A DNA stretch of 64,000 nt from Ylistrum balloti (Eukaryota), in assembly GCF_031769215.1 (NCBI RefSeq), contig NW_026781981.1, forward strand, positions 806,001 through 870,000. The letters run 5' to 3'. Shown in pieces: positions 61,832 to 64,000 of the stretch. The notes under the pieces were generated by a model, which had not been told where the DNA came from, ran no database searches, and worked only from the letters and a program-made list of their open reading frames with translations. The translations under genes and the position numbers were made by a program. Position 1 is the stretch's first letter; the number at the start of each line of letters is the position of its first letter.

Positions 61832-63769
61832 TTTGAAATCACCAAGACATTGCAAATTATATTTTCCTATAAAGAAGTAGTAAAGAACAGAATAATAACA
61901 GTATGACATGACACTGGCAACGAGTCTGTGTCATGTCGGTCATGTTGTGTAGATTTACTTTGGACTGGATCTGGCCTTTAAGCCTATGAGCTATATGGTA
62001 GCAGTGTTAACTCCATATAATACAAGAATATTTATGTGCTATACCTACTTGTTTTTCGTCGATTGTATTTTACAATATATATAAATGATGCATTTAAGAT
62101 TATACTGCCTCTTATTATGTATGGACCATGTTCATCAGGTTGATTATGTCAATAGAATAAAAGTTCATAACACAGCACGACACAACCAGTAGATCATTTG
62201 ACTGGGGAAATTCCAAACTACCATACAAGCGGCTGGTAAAGGTCGTGATCTAGATACACAGCAGCGGACCAGAACAGGAGCAGGCCACAGACTCCAAGCA
62301 CATCTATGACCAAGTGTTAAACAGAGCGTAGCGCCGAATCGACTATAGTTTATTGTACCATCTTGTAAATTTTTCTATTTTACCATTTCGTCACAATATT
62401 TTCGACCTTAGTGTATGTAGAATAATAGCACAGCCGAAAAAGTTGGTCGATTCCTTACAATGCCGTATACTATGTACATTGACGTCAGAGCCAGTAACTT
62501 CACATTTGTCATTGGTCTGAAGAAAGTGAACGTGCTGTCATCGAAATGTCAAACTCAAATCTTCTACAAGTTGTGTTATAAGATTTTTTATTCTATTTCC
62601 GCTTAAATCGTATTACAATCACAGACTATATCGATTTTACTTTTTATTGTCAATCTAATCCGTCAATTTCACCTTCTGTAAGTGACAGGGCATCGCAATA
62701 TTTTACCGTCTATACAATTCTTGGTGAAATACCTGGGCAGAATTTTATTGTGCTTTTATTATGAATGCAAATATTGAACGAGATCAATCAAGGACCAAGT
62801 TATAATGCAGTTCCTAATTAATCTTCAAGTTCAACATACAATGCATTATATACATACACTACAGGTAGGATTTTTGATCATCTTAAATCATAAAAGATCG
62901 TAAAAGATGTAAATTGATTTAATATAAATTTCATTGCATAACTAAAATAAAAAGATATTTTGATGGGATTAAAAGTCAAAATGTGGAGGAAAAAAATCAA
63001 ACGGAAACAGCTATTTTATAACCCTATTTCCATTCTGGATATAATGTTTCTGAATGGCATAGTCATTGAAAAAAAACACCAAGTAATTACACCAGCAACA
63101 TATGCAAACATATTGCACGGGCGAATAAACTAGATAACTGGCAGATTAGGTGATAAAATACTTGATATTTCTGACTCGTAATGTCTATTTCTCATAAGAC
63201 TAATTATCTGAATTCCTAAATATTTTATCATTAAGTTATCGTAGTTAATCAGTTTCATATGCTTGGTCTCCCCTATTAATTTGCAGTATTTGTTTATGTT
63301 ATCTTTTAATAATAGAATTGACGCTATAACAAAGATAAGCTGCATGATTGCGTAATGTTATTTCGATCACTTTGGATATTCCTCAGCTGTATGATGCTGT
63401 TTAATTCATTTATGTCTTTATTCTATCTAACTATAAATAATTAATTGAAAGGTTCTATTGACTTGTGTCGATACTGTAGAGGAGCGGAGTGACAATGCAA
63501 TACTTACATTCTAGTGCATTGTACATATTTGCAAATACAATTCTAATTTGTAACATACTTGTGTTACAGATTATCTTAGGGAAGTGGAAAAACATATCGA
63601 ATATTAATTAGATTGCATGATTGCAATAATTCTGCTTTACATATTAGTCCAACACGACTCAATCTTCAATTTTGAGCGCTCGTCCATCGTAATCTTGTCA
63701 TGTTGAACTGTTAAAGATTTAACCAGAACCAGCAACGCAAGAAAAATATGTAAAAGAAAACGGTTGAAT

Positions 63770-64000
63770 CTAGAGTAAAATACAGTAGAACCTAGAGTAA
63801 TATACAGTAGAGACAAGAGTTACAGCAGAGCCTGAAGTTAGATACAGTAGGGACTAAAGTTACAGCAGAATCTGGAGTTAGATACAGTAGTAATTAGAGA
63901 TACAGTAGAGACTCTAGTTAGATACAGCAGAGCCTAGAGTTGGATACAGTTAAGTCCAGATTTAGACACAGTAGAGTTTAGAACTAGATACAGCGGAACC
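63770..64000. repeat. Degenerate ~20-22-bp minisatellite (tagagttagatacagtagag-like), running off the window end
   Basis: Recurring gatacag(t/c)ag and agagtt motifs. Confidence 0.8.

Noticed and set aside
60664-61845. Antisense and alternate-frame ORFs over the nAChR-like gene
   Set aside because: They are shadow frames of a real coding region.

Overview
This is AT-rich, intron-containing animal genomic DNA, probably from a bivalve mollusc. That assignment is an inference from the intronless nAChR-like gene, the Gly/Tyr-rich secreted proteins and the retroelement remnants. Most of the window (~6.7-55 kb) is a cluster of nine paralogous loci, labelled GY1-GY9 here, encoding small Gly/Tyr-rich proteins. 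Manual splicing recovers one shared four-exon plan. Exon 1 is a short 5' exon after a TATA box; it was located for GY1-4, GY8 and GY9, GY7 has only a candidate donor, and none was found for GY6. Exon 2 encodes signal peptide + GY/GGY/GKG repeats + a Pro-rich then acidic linker and ends in a phase-1 donor. Exon 3 is a 35-62 nt coding exon giving a hydrophobic segment, usually followed by an N-x-S/T-G-stop tail. After an intron starting about 30 nt past the stop comes a non-coding exon 4 with a conserved motif and poly(A) signal. GY1-4, GY7 and GY9 look intact. GY5 is truncated, GY6 has a 1-nt frameshift, and GY8 has a decayed signal peptide. GY2-4 form a recent ~4.5-kb tandem triplication. A separate three-coding-exon gene at 610-4040 encodes a 149-aa protein with signal peptide, hydrophobic core and poly-Arg/RPG tail; the ORF track misses it. 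An intronless, non-alpha Cys-loop (nAChR-like) subunit lies at 60620-61831. Repeats include a ~5-kb 51-bp satellite with a sharp subfamily switch, a TA-flanked TIR element with a visible empty site, Penelope-like RT remnants and several mini/microsatellites. All gene models were derived by hand from splice signals and frame continuity, without transcript data or database searches.
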